From Massilicoli timonensis (GTDB lineage: Bacteria; Bacillota_I; Bacilli_A; Erysipelotrichales; Erysipelotrichaceae), in contig NZ_LT963434.1 in assembly GCF_900199515.1 (NCBI RefSeq), forward strand, positions 963,272 through 995,271: DNA of 32,000 bases, read 5' to 3'. Shown here in pieces: positions 12,504-20,536 of the stretch. Both the position numbers and the translations under genes were made by a program. Position 1 is the stretch's first letter; each line of letters opens with the position of its first letter. Below the pieces are notes generated by a model. The model saw only the letters and a program-made list of their open reading frames with translations. It was not told the DNA's origin and searched no databases.

Positions 12504-13193
12504 TTAAATGTTTGCGACATCTAATTTGATTGCCGGTCCCATACATGCAGATACAACGACGTTCTTCATGTAGACACCTTTTACTGCAGACGGTCTGGCA
12601 CGCAGGATCACATCATAGATCGCTTTGAAGTTTTCCGCCAGCTTTTCTTCACCGAAGCTTACTTTGCCGATCATCAGGTTGATGTTTCCTTCTTTATCGA
12701 CACGGTATTCGATCTTACCTTTTTTCACATCTTCTACCGCTTTGGCAACATCCATCGTTACCGTTCCGGTCTTCGGGTTTGGCATCAAGCCCTTCGGTCC
12801 TAAGATACGACCCAGTTTTCCCAATTCTCCCATCATGTTAGGAGTTGCGATGATCACATCGAAATCGAACCAACCCTTCTGGATCTTTTCCAACAATTCT
12901 TTACCGCCGACATAATCCGCACCGGCTTCCGTTGCTTCCTGTTCCTTCGGTCCCTGTGCAACGACCAACACTTTTTGGCTCTTGCCGGTACCATGCGGCA
13001 GCACCATCGCACCGCGGATCTGCTGATCGGCATGACGAGGGTCTACGTTCAAACGGAAACTCACTTCAACAGACGCATCGAAGTTTACATAACTTGTTTC
13101 TTTTACCAGATTCATGGCCTCCGCTACTGAATAAGATTTTGTCTGGTCAACTTTTTTAGCAGCTTCAGCGTATTTCTTTCCAACTTTTGCCAT
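12504..13193 (-). CDS. rplA: 50S ribosomal protein L1
   Basis: 229 aa. Contains [16 protein letters not shown]...[22 protein letters not shown], a canonical L1 sequence. Confidence 0.98.
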   Translation of the reverse strand: MAKVGKKYAEAAKKVDQTKSYSVAEAMNLVKETSYVNFDASVEVSFRLNVDPRHADQQIRGAMVLPHGTGKSQKVLVVAQGPKEQEATEAGADYVGGKELLEKIQKGWFDFDVIIATPNMMGELGKLGRILGPKGLMPNPKTGTVTMDVAKAVEDVKKGKIEYRVDKEGNINLMIGKVSFGEEKLAENFKAIYDVILRARPSAVKGVYMKNVVVSACMGPAIKLDVANI

Positions 13194-13213
13194 TTCGTTC
13201 TACCTTTCCTTTC

Positions 13214-13630
13214 TTATTCAAAGCCTTCCACTTTAATTCCCATGTTGCGTGCAGTGCCTGCAACGATACGCATTGCCGCTTCCACGTCATTGGCGTTTAA
13301 GTCCGGCATTTTGTATTCAGCGATCTCACGCAGCTGGTCTACCGTAATCGTACCTGCGATCTCTTTCTGATTCGCAGACGCCTTACTGATCTTAGCGGCC
13401 TTTTTCAGCAGGATTGCCGCCGGGGTCGTTTTCAAGACGAAATCGAATGATTTGTCTTCATACGCCGTAATGATAACCGGTACTAAATCACCTGCACGAT
13501 CTCTTGTCGCATCGTTGAATGCGTTACAGAACTGCGGCATGTTGATTCCGGCTGATGCAAGTGCCGGTCCCGGTTTTGCTCCCCCTGCCGGGAACTGGAG
13601 CTTACAAACTTTCGCAACTTTTTTACTCAC
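13214..13630 (-). CDS. rplK: 50S ribosomal protein L11
   Basis: Contains [19 protein letters not shown]...[25 protein letters not shown]. The track start (GTG at 13639) directly abuts the AGGAGG SD. The GTG at 13630 gives an 8-nt spacing and the canonical (M)SKKVAKV N-terminus. Confidence 0.95.
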   Translation of the reverse strand: MSKKVAKVCKLQFPAGGAKPGPALASAGINMPQFCNAFNDATRDRAGDLVPVIITAYEDKSFDFVLKTTPAAILLKKAAKISKASANQKEIAGTITVDQLREIAEYKMPDLNANDVEAAMRIVAGTARNMGIKVEGFE

Positions 13631-13725
13631 AAGACACACCTCCTATAAATTGATGTCCTATGCTGTGGTTGTGATGGACGGTTGCGCGTCCTCCCACGCA
13701 TAAAGATACTATCGAGGGCGATAGC
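13631..13725 (-). promoter_or_regulatory. rplKA 5' leader, candidate L1-binding autoregulatory region
   Basis: The roughly 95-nt leader has stems CTATCG/CGATAG, GCGT/ACGC and GGACG/CGTCC around a GGGAGGAC motif. Autoregulation of the L11 operon by L1 binding a leader mimic of its 23S site is established in other bacteria. Assigning that role here is inference only. Confidence 0.3.
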
Positions 13726-13731
13726 CATTGT

Positions 13732-13760
13732 ATTGTAATATGAATGATCAGAAAATGCAA
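13732..13760 (-). promoter_or_regulatory. rplKA promoter (-35 TTGCAT / -10 TACAAT, 17-nt spacer) with A-rich upstream tract
   Basis: Minus strand reads GGAAAAAATCAAAGAAAAAAAGAAAAATCTATTGCATTTTCTGATCATTCATATTACAAT. Confidence 0.6.
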
Positions 13761-13938
13761 TAGATTTTTCTTTTTTTCTTTGATTTTTTCCTATCGTTTT
13801 GAGCGCTCTCAGCATCTGGTTTGCTTTTTCCTTACTAGATCCCTCTTTTTAAGCACATTGCCGCAAGGAGCCACGTTTCCCTGCCCATTTCCTCTTATCG
13901 GTTTGCCTTGCTTCCCCAAAGCATTCCCTTCTTCGTCA

Positions 13939-14763
13939 TCAGCGTTTTTTCACCGTACTGCTCGCTTGTGCCATTTCTTCCGTTCGTTTGGCACAGGCAT
14001 CCAGCGCGTCCATGACCGCATAGCGAAAGCCTGCTTGTTCCAGTGCTTTTACACCGGCGATGGTAGTACCGTTAGGACTGCACACCATATCCTTTAATAC
14101 ACCCGGATGTTTTTTGGTTTCTAACATCATGGCGGCACCGCCTTTGACTGCCTGCCCCACAAATACATATGCCTGTTCTCTTCCCATCCCCAGCTTCACA
14201 CAAGCATCCGCCATCGCTTCCATCAAGATAAACACAAACGCCACCGAAGAACCGCTCGCACTGCCAACCGCCGGCATCAAACGCTCTTCTACTACCTGCA
14301 CCTCGCCAAAGCTTTGAAACAGTTTTATGATCATTTTCTTTTCTCTTTCATTTAACAGCGTATCGAAACTGATCCCGCTCATGCCTTCTCCCACCAATGC
14401 CGGTGTATTCGGCATCGCTCTTACCACCTTGATTTCCCGCTGAAACAGATCTTTTACCGTCTGAATGCTGATGCCCGCCGCAATCGCTACAACGATCACA
14501 TCCGGTTTTACCACATCGCGGATCTCTTCGATGACTTCCTGATACAAATGCGGCTTTACCGCTAAAAATAAAATATCGCTGCATGCCGCAGTCTCTAAAT
14601 TGCCTGCCGTCTTTATTCCACGTTCTGCCAGATCGCTCAGCTTCTCTAAATGTCGATTCGCCGCATAAATCTGATTTTCTTTTGCCACTTTTGCTTTTAA
14701 GATACCCTCTACGATGGCGCGTCCCATATTGCCGCAGCCGATCATACCGATCATTGGTTCCAT
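13939..14763 (-). CDS. proC: Pyrroline-5-carboxylate reductase
   Basis: 274 aa with an N-terminal Rossmann motif IGMIGCGNMGRAI and C-terminal P5CR signature residues VCSPNGTTIAGVKALE. Confidence 0.92.
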   Translation of the reverse strand: MEPMIGMIGCGNMGRAIVEGILKAKVAKENQIYAANRHLEKLSDLAERGIKTAGNLETAACSDILFLAVKPHLYQEVIEEIRDVVKPDVIVVAIAAGISIQTVKDLFQREIKVVRAMPNTPALVGEGMSGISFDTLLNEREKKMIIKLFQSFGEVQVVEERLMPAVGSASGSSVAFVFILMEAMADACVKLGMGREQAYVFVGQAVKGGAAMMLETKKHPGVLKDMVCSPNGTTIAGVKALEQAGFRYAVMDALDACAKRTEEMAQASSTVKKR

Positions 14764-14796
14764 ATGTATTCTCCTTCCTTGCTATCCTATTGTTTT

Positions 14797-14826
14797 ATCA
14801 TACTACATTTCTCCTTTCTTTGGCAA
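14797..14826 (-). promoter_or_regulatory. proC promoter candidate (-35 TTGCCA / -10 TATGAT, 18-nt spacer)
   Basis: Minus strand reads TTGCCAAAGAAAGGAGAAATGTAGTATGAT, about 35 nt upstream of the proC ATG. Confidence 0.45.
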
Positions 14827-14875
14827 CTGCCGCAACATAAACTGCCTTCCATCACAGACACACTGTCAAAAATGT

Positions 14876-14904
14876 TTGACTATCAAACTATTCCTTGCTA
14901 TAAT
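14876..14904 (+). promoter_or_regulatory. Promoter of the alpha/beta hydrolase gene (-35 TTGACT / -10 TATAAT, 17-nt spacer)
   Basis: Plus strand reads TTGACTATCAAACTATTCCTTGCTATAAT, 28 nt upstream of the ATG at 14933. Confidence 0.65.
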
Positions 14905-14932
14905 GCTGCTTGTTTTGAAAGAGAGGTTTGAC

Positions 14933-15895
14933 ATGATGTTTTGGAAGAAAAAGAAATTTTGGATCATCTTAACAACAACGGTGATCGTTTTATTTACCGC
15001 CATTTCCTTATTTGCCGGCAATTATTTAGTCGATTATGCACTTTATGTAGATGAAAACGGCAGAGTCGGATCGATGGGCGATTATGACCCTTATGCCAAA
15101 CAGGATACCCAGTTACAGAAAGAATTTGACGCTTGGATCGGTTCTGTTCCCGTACAGGAATGGGAAACAAAGAGCGAAGACGGATTAAAGCTTTGGGCAC
15201 AGTTTCTGCCGGCAGAAGAAGATCAGCACAACTATATCATCGCGGTGCACGGCTATACGGCCAACCACCACGGCATTGAACCTGCCGTAAAACCCTTCGT
15301 GGAAGCCGGCTATCATGTATTGACACCGGACCAGCGCGGATGCGGGAACAGTGAAGGGCGTTATTTGAGCATGGGCTACTTTGAAAAAAGAGATGTGATC
15401 GTTTGGATCAATGAGATTTTAGCATATGATGAACAAGCGAATATCGTTTTATACGGTGAATCTATGGGCGCCGCAACGGTTTTGATGGCGGCGGGAGAAG
15501 GCCTGCCAAAGCAAGTGAAAGCGGTTGTGGAAGACTGCGGCTACACCTCTGCTTATGCAATGTTCAAAGATCAGTTAAAAGAGCGCTTTTCTCTGCCGGA
15601 ATTTCCTTTCCTGCCGTCTGCTGCTTTGATCGGCAGCCTGCGCGCCGGCTTTAATTTCTATGATGCCGACGCCTTAGAAGCCATCCAGCATGCTGATCTG
15701 CCGATCTTATTCATCCATGGCGGCGCAGATGACTATGTGCCGACTTACATGGGAAAAGAGCTTTATGAGTCCTACCGGCACGAGAAAGAGCTTTTGATCG
15801 TAGAGGGCGCGGAACACGGCACCAGCAGCGATGTCGATACCAAACTGTACTATGATACGATCTTCGCATTCCTTGACAAATATGCGAAAACATAA
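14933..15895 (+). CDS. Membrane-anchored alpha/beta-fold hydrolase (serine hydrolase, S9/BAAT-like)
   Basis: 320 aa from MMFWKKKKFWIILTTTVIVLFTAISLF, an N-terminal TM anchor. Contains the nucleophile elbow GESMG, Asp in HGGADDYV and a C-terminal His in AEHG. A GAGAGG SD precedes the start. The longer track ORF (14714) overlaps proC and the promoter and was rejected. Confidence 0.8.
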   Translation: MMFWKKKKFWIILTTTVIVLFTAISLFAGNYLVDYALYVDENGRVGSMGDYDPYAKQDTQLQKEFDAWIGSVPVQEWETKSEDGLKLWAQFLPAEEDQHNYIIAVHGYTANHHGIEPAVKPFVEAGYHVLTPDQRGCGNSEGRYLSMGYFEKRDVIVWINEILAYDEQANIVLYGESMGAATVLMAAGEGLPKQVKAVVEDCGYTSAYAMFKDQLKERFSLPEFPFLPSAALIGSLRAGFNFYDADALEAIQHADLPILFIHGGADDYVPTYMGKELYESYRHEKELLIVEGAEHGTSSDVDTKLYYDTIFAFLDKYAKT

Positions 15896-15970
15896 GACCT
15901 GCGTGCTGCGCATGCGATCAAGCGCTTAACACCACAAGCACCCCCCTTTTTGTTGAAACTGTATATGATA

Positions 15971-16022
15971 AAAAAAGTTTTCAAGTCCTTTTGATAGAAT
16001 CATTTGACCTGAAAACTTTTTT
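15971..16022. terminator. Bidirectional intrinsic terminator between the convergent hydrolase and adh genes
   Basis: Reads AAAAAA-GTTTTCAAGTC-(18-nt loop)-GACCTGAAAAC-TTTTTT. The stem is 11 bp with one mismatch. It is flanked by an A-run and a T-run, so it can terminate on both strands. Confidence 0.7.
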
Positions 16023-16045
16023 ATTATGGTTCCATGAAAGAACTA

Positions 16046-17206
16046 TTACAACGCTGCCTGATAGATCGCTTTCACATCTTCTGGTGATAATTCACGGTAT
16101 GCGCCTTCCATTCCTTCACTTGCTTTCTTTGCCATCTCATCAAAATGGGTTTCATCAATGCCGACTTCCCGCAGCGTCATCGGGATGCCCATCGCTTTGA
16201 AATAATCGGCTGTGCATTTGATGCCGGCCCGCGCCACCTGATACAGATCCGTTTCGTGCGGTGACACATGCCATACATTTCTTGCCAGCTGTGCAAACTT
16301 CTCTACCGTCGTATCATCTAATACGTACTCCATCCAGTGCGGTGTCAAGATCGCCAGACCAACGCCGTGCGTAATATCGTAAAACGCACTCAATTCATGT
16401 TCCATCGGATGAACGCTCCATGCCACCGGTTTCCCCAGACAAAGCAGATCGTTGATCGCCCAGCTGCCCGTCCACATCAAATTGGCGCGCGCATCGTAGT
16501 TACACGGCTCTTTTACTGCTTTTACACCGTATTCTACGCAGGTTTGTAAGAGCGCTTCCGCAACGCGATCCTGCATATAACCACTTTCATTAGAGAAATA
16601 ATTTTCCATGATATGGCTCATCATATCCGCGGTACCGGCTGCTGTTTGATAAGCGGATACGCTGTATGTGTAGGTTGGATCCAAGATCGACGCTACCGGA
16701 CGAAAATCCGGATGTCCGGTTCCCCATTTTTCATTTTTCTGCATATCGGAAATAACCGCAAACGTATCCATTTCCGAACCGGTTGCCGCTAATGTCAAAA
16801 CACTGACGATCGGCAATACTGAAACGACCTTGGAAGCATCTAAAACAATATCCCATGCATCTCCCTCATAGCTGACACTGCCGGCAATGACCTTGGCGGC
16901 ATCGATCGTACTGCCGCCGCCGATCGCCACCACGACCTCCACTGCTTCCCTGCGGCACAGATCGACCCCTTTTCTGACTGTTTCAATACGCGGATTCGGT
17001 TCTACACCGCTTAATTCTACGACCGCAATACCTGCTTCCCGCAAATACTTCATCGCATCATCATAAATGCCGTTGCGTTTGATGCTGCCGCCGCCATAAA
17101 CGACCAGCGCTTTCTTGCCGCATGCCGAAACCGCTTCGCCTAAATGCGCGATCTCGCCTTCACCAAAATAAATCTTCGTTTTAATATCATAAGTAAATCG
17201 TTCCAT
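16046..17206 (-). CDS. Iron-containing (group III) alcohol dehydrogenase, butanol dehydrogenase/YqhD-like
   Basis: 386 aa from MERFTYDIKTKIYFGEG. Contains GGGSTIDAAK and the metal-binding His cluster HPMEHELSAFYDITHGVGLA. An AAAGGAGG SD lies 7 nt upstream of this ATG. The 15-codon upstream extension in the track lacks an SD. Confidence 0.9.
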   Translation of the reverse strand: MERFTYDIKTKIYFGEGEIAHLGEAVSACGKKALVVYGGGSIKRNGIYDDAMKYLREAGIAVVELSGVEPNPRIETVRKGVDLCRREAVEVVVAIGGGSTIDAAKVIAGSVSYEGDAWDIVLDASKVVSVLPIVSVLTLAATGSEMDTFAVISDMQKNEKWGTGHPDFRPVASILDPTYTYSVSAYQTAAGTADMMSHIMENYFSNESGYMQDRVAEALLQTCVEYGVKAVKEPCNYDARANLMWTGSWAINDLLCLGKPVAWSVHPMEHELSAFYDITHGVGLAILTPHWMEYVLDDTTVEKFAQLARNVWHVSPHETDLYQVARAGIKCTADYFKAMGIPMTLREVGIDETHFDEMAKKASEGMEGAYRELSPEDVKAIYQAAL

Positions 17207-17387
17207 CAAAAAGCCTCCTTTGTTATTTTCATTATAACGCTTTCCCATCAAAAATGACAGACTTACTGCCGCGCTCCTGGTTTCTTTCCATTCAAAGTGC
17301 TCCTCCTCGCTGATCGTTTTGCCCGCAAGCTTTCTTTACCAAAAGTACAACTGTTTTTTCAGAACAAATGATCTCTGCCTATTCCAC

Positions 17388-17427
17388 AAAAAAATCCTCT
17401 TTTTCAGACACTGCCGCTAAAGAGGAT
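17388..17427 (-). terminator. Intrinsic terminator ending the liv/CBS-ACT operon
   Basis: Minus strand reads ATCCTCTTT-(16-nt loop)-AAAGAGGAT followed by TTTTTTTG, starting about 10 nt after the stop of the CBS-ACT gene. Confidence 0.7.
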
Positions 17428-17436
17428 CGTTTTTTA

Positions 17437-18087
17437 TCAGACAACCGGATTTTTGATAATAGAAACGACCGGATAACCGCTCGCATTCAGATCTTTTTCC
17501 AATGCATCGGTTTCAAGCGTATCAATTCTAAACACGATGTCGCATAAATTGTTTTCCTTGCGATAAACCCCGACATGGGTTATATTCGCCTCATTTCTGA
17601 CAAATACGCGTGAGATTTCTTCGATTGCTCCCAGCTTATCGATCACTTCGATCGTGATACGTGCACCGCGCTCCTGATAGCCTAATAGGTCGATAAACGC
17701 CTTAAACAGATCGTTCTGAGTCAAAATACCGACTACCTCTTGTGCTTTGTTGATGACCGGCAGACAGCCGATGTCATGCTTCAGCATCGCCAGCGCCGCA
17801 TCTTCTAACAGCGCGTCTTCCTCGATCGTAATGACGTTCTTTTCCATGATGGCCTTTACCGTCGTTTTAGAAAGCAGATAGTTTAATTCAAAGATCGACA
17901 GACTGGTCGCCTTGCTTGCCCCTTTTTCCGAGATCATGCCCTTTGTAACCAGACCGATCAGCTTCCTGCCCTCTACCACCGGCAAACGATGCAGTCCTTT
18001 TTCAGTCATAATGTCCACAACTTCACTGATCTTCGTATCAACGCTGACGCACAGCGGATCTTTCGTCATTTGATTTTTTACAAACAT
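17437..18087 (-). CDS. CBS-pair + ACT domain protein (AcuB-like architecture)
   Basis: 216 aa with two CBS repeats (..HRLPVVEGRKLIGLVTKGMI.. and ..IGCLPVINKAQEVVGILTQNDL..) followed by an ACT-like beta-alpha-beta-beta-alpha-beta tail (ARITIEVIDKLGAIEEISRVF..). The ATG is 2 nt after the livF stop, and the GGGAGG SD lies inside the livF 3' end. Confidence 0.8.
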   Translation of the reverse strand: MFVKNQMTKDPLCVSVDTKISEVVDIMTEKGLHRLPVVEGRKLIGLVTKGMISEKGASKATSLSIFELNYLLSKTTVKAIMEKNVITIEEDALLEDAALAMLKHDIGCLPVINKAQEVVGILTQNDLFKAFIDLLGYQERGARITIEVIDKLGAIEEISRVFVRNEANITHVGVYRKENNLCDIVFRIDTLETDALEKDLNASGYPVVSIIKNPVV

Positions 18088-18089
18088 GC

Positions 18090-18794
18090 TTAACCTCCCA
18101 AATACGCTTTCGCGATTTCTTCACTCTCGGCTAATTCTTCACCGGTTCCGGCATAAACGACTTTCCCGGTTTCCAGTACATAGCCGCGATCGGCAATCGA
18201 CAATGCCATGCGGGCATTTTGTTCTACCAATAAAACCGTTGTCCCCTGTGCTTTGATATCCTGAATGATCGAAAAGATTTCCTGCACCAGGATCGGCGCT
18301 AAGCCCATAGACGGTTCATCTAATAACAAAAGCTTTGGCTTTGCCATTAAAGCGCGTCCCATCGCCAACATCTGCTGTTCGCCGCCGGACAGCGTAGCCG
18401 CATCCTGCCTGCTGCGTTTTTCCAAGATCGGAAAGCGGGAATACACCTTTTTCAGATCTTCTTTGATACCGGCCTTGTCCTTGCGCAGATAAGCGCCCAT
18501 TTCCAGATTTTCCAGCACCGTCAAACCGGCAAAGATCCTTCGCCCTTCCGGCACATGCGAAATGCCAAGCTTCATGATATTGCGCGCGCTCAGCTTATTT
18601 AACGGCTGTCCATTAAACGTGATGCTGCCCTCAGCAGCTTTTTCCAGTCCGGAAATCGCTTTTAAGGTAGAAGATTTGCCGGCACCGTTGGCACCGATCA
18701 GCGTTACGATCTCTCCTTCTTTTACCTCCAGATCGATCCCCTTGACTGCATGGATCGCCCCGTATTTCACATGCAGATTTTCGACTTTCAACAT
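18090..18794 (-). CDS. livF: Branched-chain amino acid ABC transporter, ATP-binding protein (LivF type)
   Basis: 234 aa with Walker A GANGAGKSS, signature LSGGEQQMLAMGRAL and Walker B LLLLDEPSMGLAP. Confidence 0.92.
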   Translation of the reverse strand: MLKVENLHVKYGAIHAVKGIDLEVKEGEIVTLIGANGAGKSSTLKAISGLEKAAEGSITFNGQPLNKLSARNIMKLGISHVPEGRRIFAGLTVLENLEMGAYLRKDKAGIKEDLKKVYSRFPILEKRSRQDAATLSGGEQQMLAMGRALMAKPKLLLLDEPSMGLAPILVQEIFSIIQDIKAQGTTVLLVEQNARMALSIADRGYVLETGKVVYAGTGEELAESEEIAKAYLGG

Positions 18795-18797
18795 GGG

Positions 18798-19574
18798 CTA
18801 CACCTCCTCGCCAAGATATGCTTCGATGACCCGCTTGTTCGTGCGGATCTCTTCCGGCAAACCACTTGCGATGACCTTTCCGTAATCCAATACATAAATG
18901 CGTTCACACAGCTTCATGACCAATGACATATCATGCTCGATCAATACGATGCTTACTTGAAAGCGCTGTTTGATCTCTTTGATCAAAGCCGTCAGCTCCG
19001 CTGTTTCCTGCGGATTCATACCGGCTGCCGGTTCATCTAAAAACAGCAGTTTCGGTTTTGTAGCTAAGGCACGGGCAATCTCCAAACGCCTTTGTTCCCC
19101 ATAGGGGAGATTACCGGCTAATTCATCTGCTTTTTCATCTAAATGAAAGATCGCCAGCAGTTCCATCGCTTCCCGCTCCATTCGCGCTTCTTCTTTATAA
19201 TGGGAAGGCAACCGCAAAATACTGCTGATCACACCGCTTTTTACATCCTTGTTCATGGCGATCTTGACATTGTCAATTACACTTAAACTGGTAAATAGAC
19301 GAATGTTTTGAAAGGTGCGGGCAATGCCCAGCTTTGTCACTTTATAAGGCTTGCGCCCGTTTAATTTGATTTCCTTGCCGTTTGGGGCAAACAAGATCTC
19401 CCCTTCGCTTGGTTCATATACGCCGGTAAGCATATTGAATAACGTCGTTTTCCCCGCACCGTTTGGTCCGATCAGACCGACTAGCTCCTGCGGCCTCACC
19501 TCTAAATTCACATTGGAGTTCGCACACAGACCGCCGAAATTTTTCGTCAGATTTTTCACGGTTAAAATATTCAT
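18798..19574 (-). CDS. livG: Branched-chain amino acid ABC transporter, ATP-binding protein (LivG type)
   Basis: 258 aa with Walker A GPNGAGKTT, signature-like YGEQRRLEIARAL and Walker B LLFLDEPAAGM. A 4-nt ATGA overlap joins it to livM. Confidence 0.92.
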   Translation of the reverse strand: MNILTVKNLTKNFGGLCANSNVNLEVRPQELVGLIGPNGAGKTTLFNMLTGVYEPSEGEILFAPNGKEIKLNGRKPYKVTKLGIARTFQNIRLFTSLSVIDNVKIAMNKDVKSGVISSILRLPSHYKEEARMEREAMELLAIFHLDEKADELAGNLPYGEQRRLEIARALATKPKLLFLDEPAAGMNPQETAELTALIKEIKQRFQVSIVLIEHDMSLVMKLCERIYVLDYGKVIASGLPEEIRTNKRVIEAYLGEEV

Positions 19575-20527
19575 GAGCGTTTTCCTCCTTTGCGCTTGAA
19601 GATGGCGTTGATGTTCAATTCCTTATTGCCAAACAGGCCATTCGGCCGATAGACCATGATGACGATGATCAATACCGAATAAATGATCATACGCAGTTCC
19701 GCATAGTCATTTAAGAACATGTTGATAAGCCCTAACAAAAACGCCGCAACGATACTGCCGGATAAAGAACCCATACCGCCGAAGACGACGATCACCAAGA
19801 TATCTACCGACTTCATAAAACCGAAAATACCGGGCGTCAGTGTATAGAAATTACCTGCATACAGCGCACCGCCCACCGATGCCAAACAGGCACCGATCAC
19901 AAATGCCAAAGTCTTGTATTTGGTCGTATTGACGCCCATTGATTCCGCTGCGATCTCATCTTCTCTTACCGAAGCGGTCGCACGCCCATGGGAAGAACGG
20001 GCAAAATTCACGATCAGTACCAGTGAAATGACGATTACGCCGAAGATCCAGTTGAAATTGGTGATCTTGGGAATATTGTTCAATCCGGCTGCTCCGCCGG
20101 TAATATCATCCATATTGGTGATCGCGATACGAATCACCTCGGAAAAACCCAGCGTTGCAATCGCCAAATAATCTCCGCGCAGACGCAAGGTCGGGATCGC
20201 AATGATGAGCGCAATAAGTGCCGTCATGACGATGCCAAAGCCGATCCCCGCCAGAAAACCAACCGTACCGTCAACCTTCAACATGACCAAACCTGCGCAA
20301 TAAGCACCGATCGCCATGAATCCGGCATGTCCCAGCGAAAACTGACCGGAATAACCGATAATGAGATTTAATCCTAATGCCAATACGATATTGATGCCGA
20401 TATTATATAAAACGACCTGATAATAACTGTTAATGATATTCACGGAAATCAGATACTGGAACAGCGCATAGACGAGAACCGTAAAAACTGCCCAGCGAAT
20501 ATTGTTTTTGGTAAACCAGTTTTTCAT
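19571..20527 (-). CDS. livM: Branched-chain amino acid ABC transporter permease (LivM type)
   Basis: A polytopic membrane protein with the typical GQFSLGHAGFMAIGAY motif. I prefer the ATG at 20527 (MKNWFTK), which is preceded by AGGTGG, over the GTG at 20536 that directly abuts the livH stop. Confidence 0.9.
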   Translation of the reverse strand: MKNWFTKNNIRWAVFTVLVYALFQYLISVNIINSYYQVVLYNIGINIVLALGLNLIIGYSGQFSLGHAGFMAIGAYCAGLVMLKVDGTVGFLAGIGFGIVMTALIALIIAIPTLRLRGDYLAIATLGFSEVIRIAITNMDDITGGAAGLNNIPKITNFNWIFGVIVISLVLIVNFARSSHGRATASVREDEIAAESMGVNTTKYKTLAFVIGACLASVGGALYAGNFYTLTPGIFGFMKSVDILVIVVFGGMGSLSGSIVAAFLLGLINMFLNDYAELRMIIYSVLIIVIMVYRPNGLFGNKELNINAIFKRKGGKRS

Positions 20528-20536
20528 AGCGGCCAC

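Noticed and set aside
13627-13815. 62-aa minus-strand ORF (MLRALKTIGKNQRKKEK...)
   Set aside because: It spans the rplKA promoter and leader and overlaps the rplK start. It is basic and low-complexity and has no SD.
14714-14932. 73-codon N-terminal extension of the hydrolase ORF
   Set aside because: It would overlap proC on the opposite strand and include the hydrolase's own TTGACT/TATAAT promoter. A good SD and a TM-anchor N-terminus occur at 14933.
17232-17291. 19-codon minus-strand mini-ORF (MERNQERGSKSVIFDGKAL) with a strong GAGGAGGAG SD upstream of adh
   Set aside because: Its stop overlaps the only TATAAT box I can find for adh (17231-17236, with a poor -35). It would therefore lie upstream of the adh transcription start, and it sits just after the liv terminator. 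With no conservation evidence available it is most likely chance. The adh promoter itself is too weak to list as a feature.
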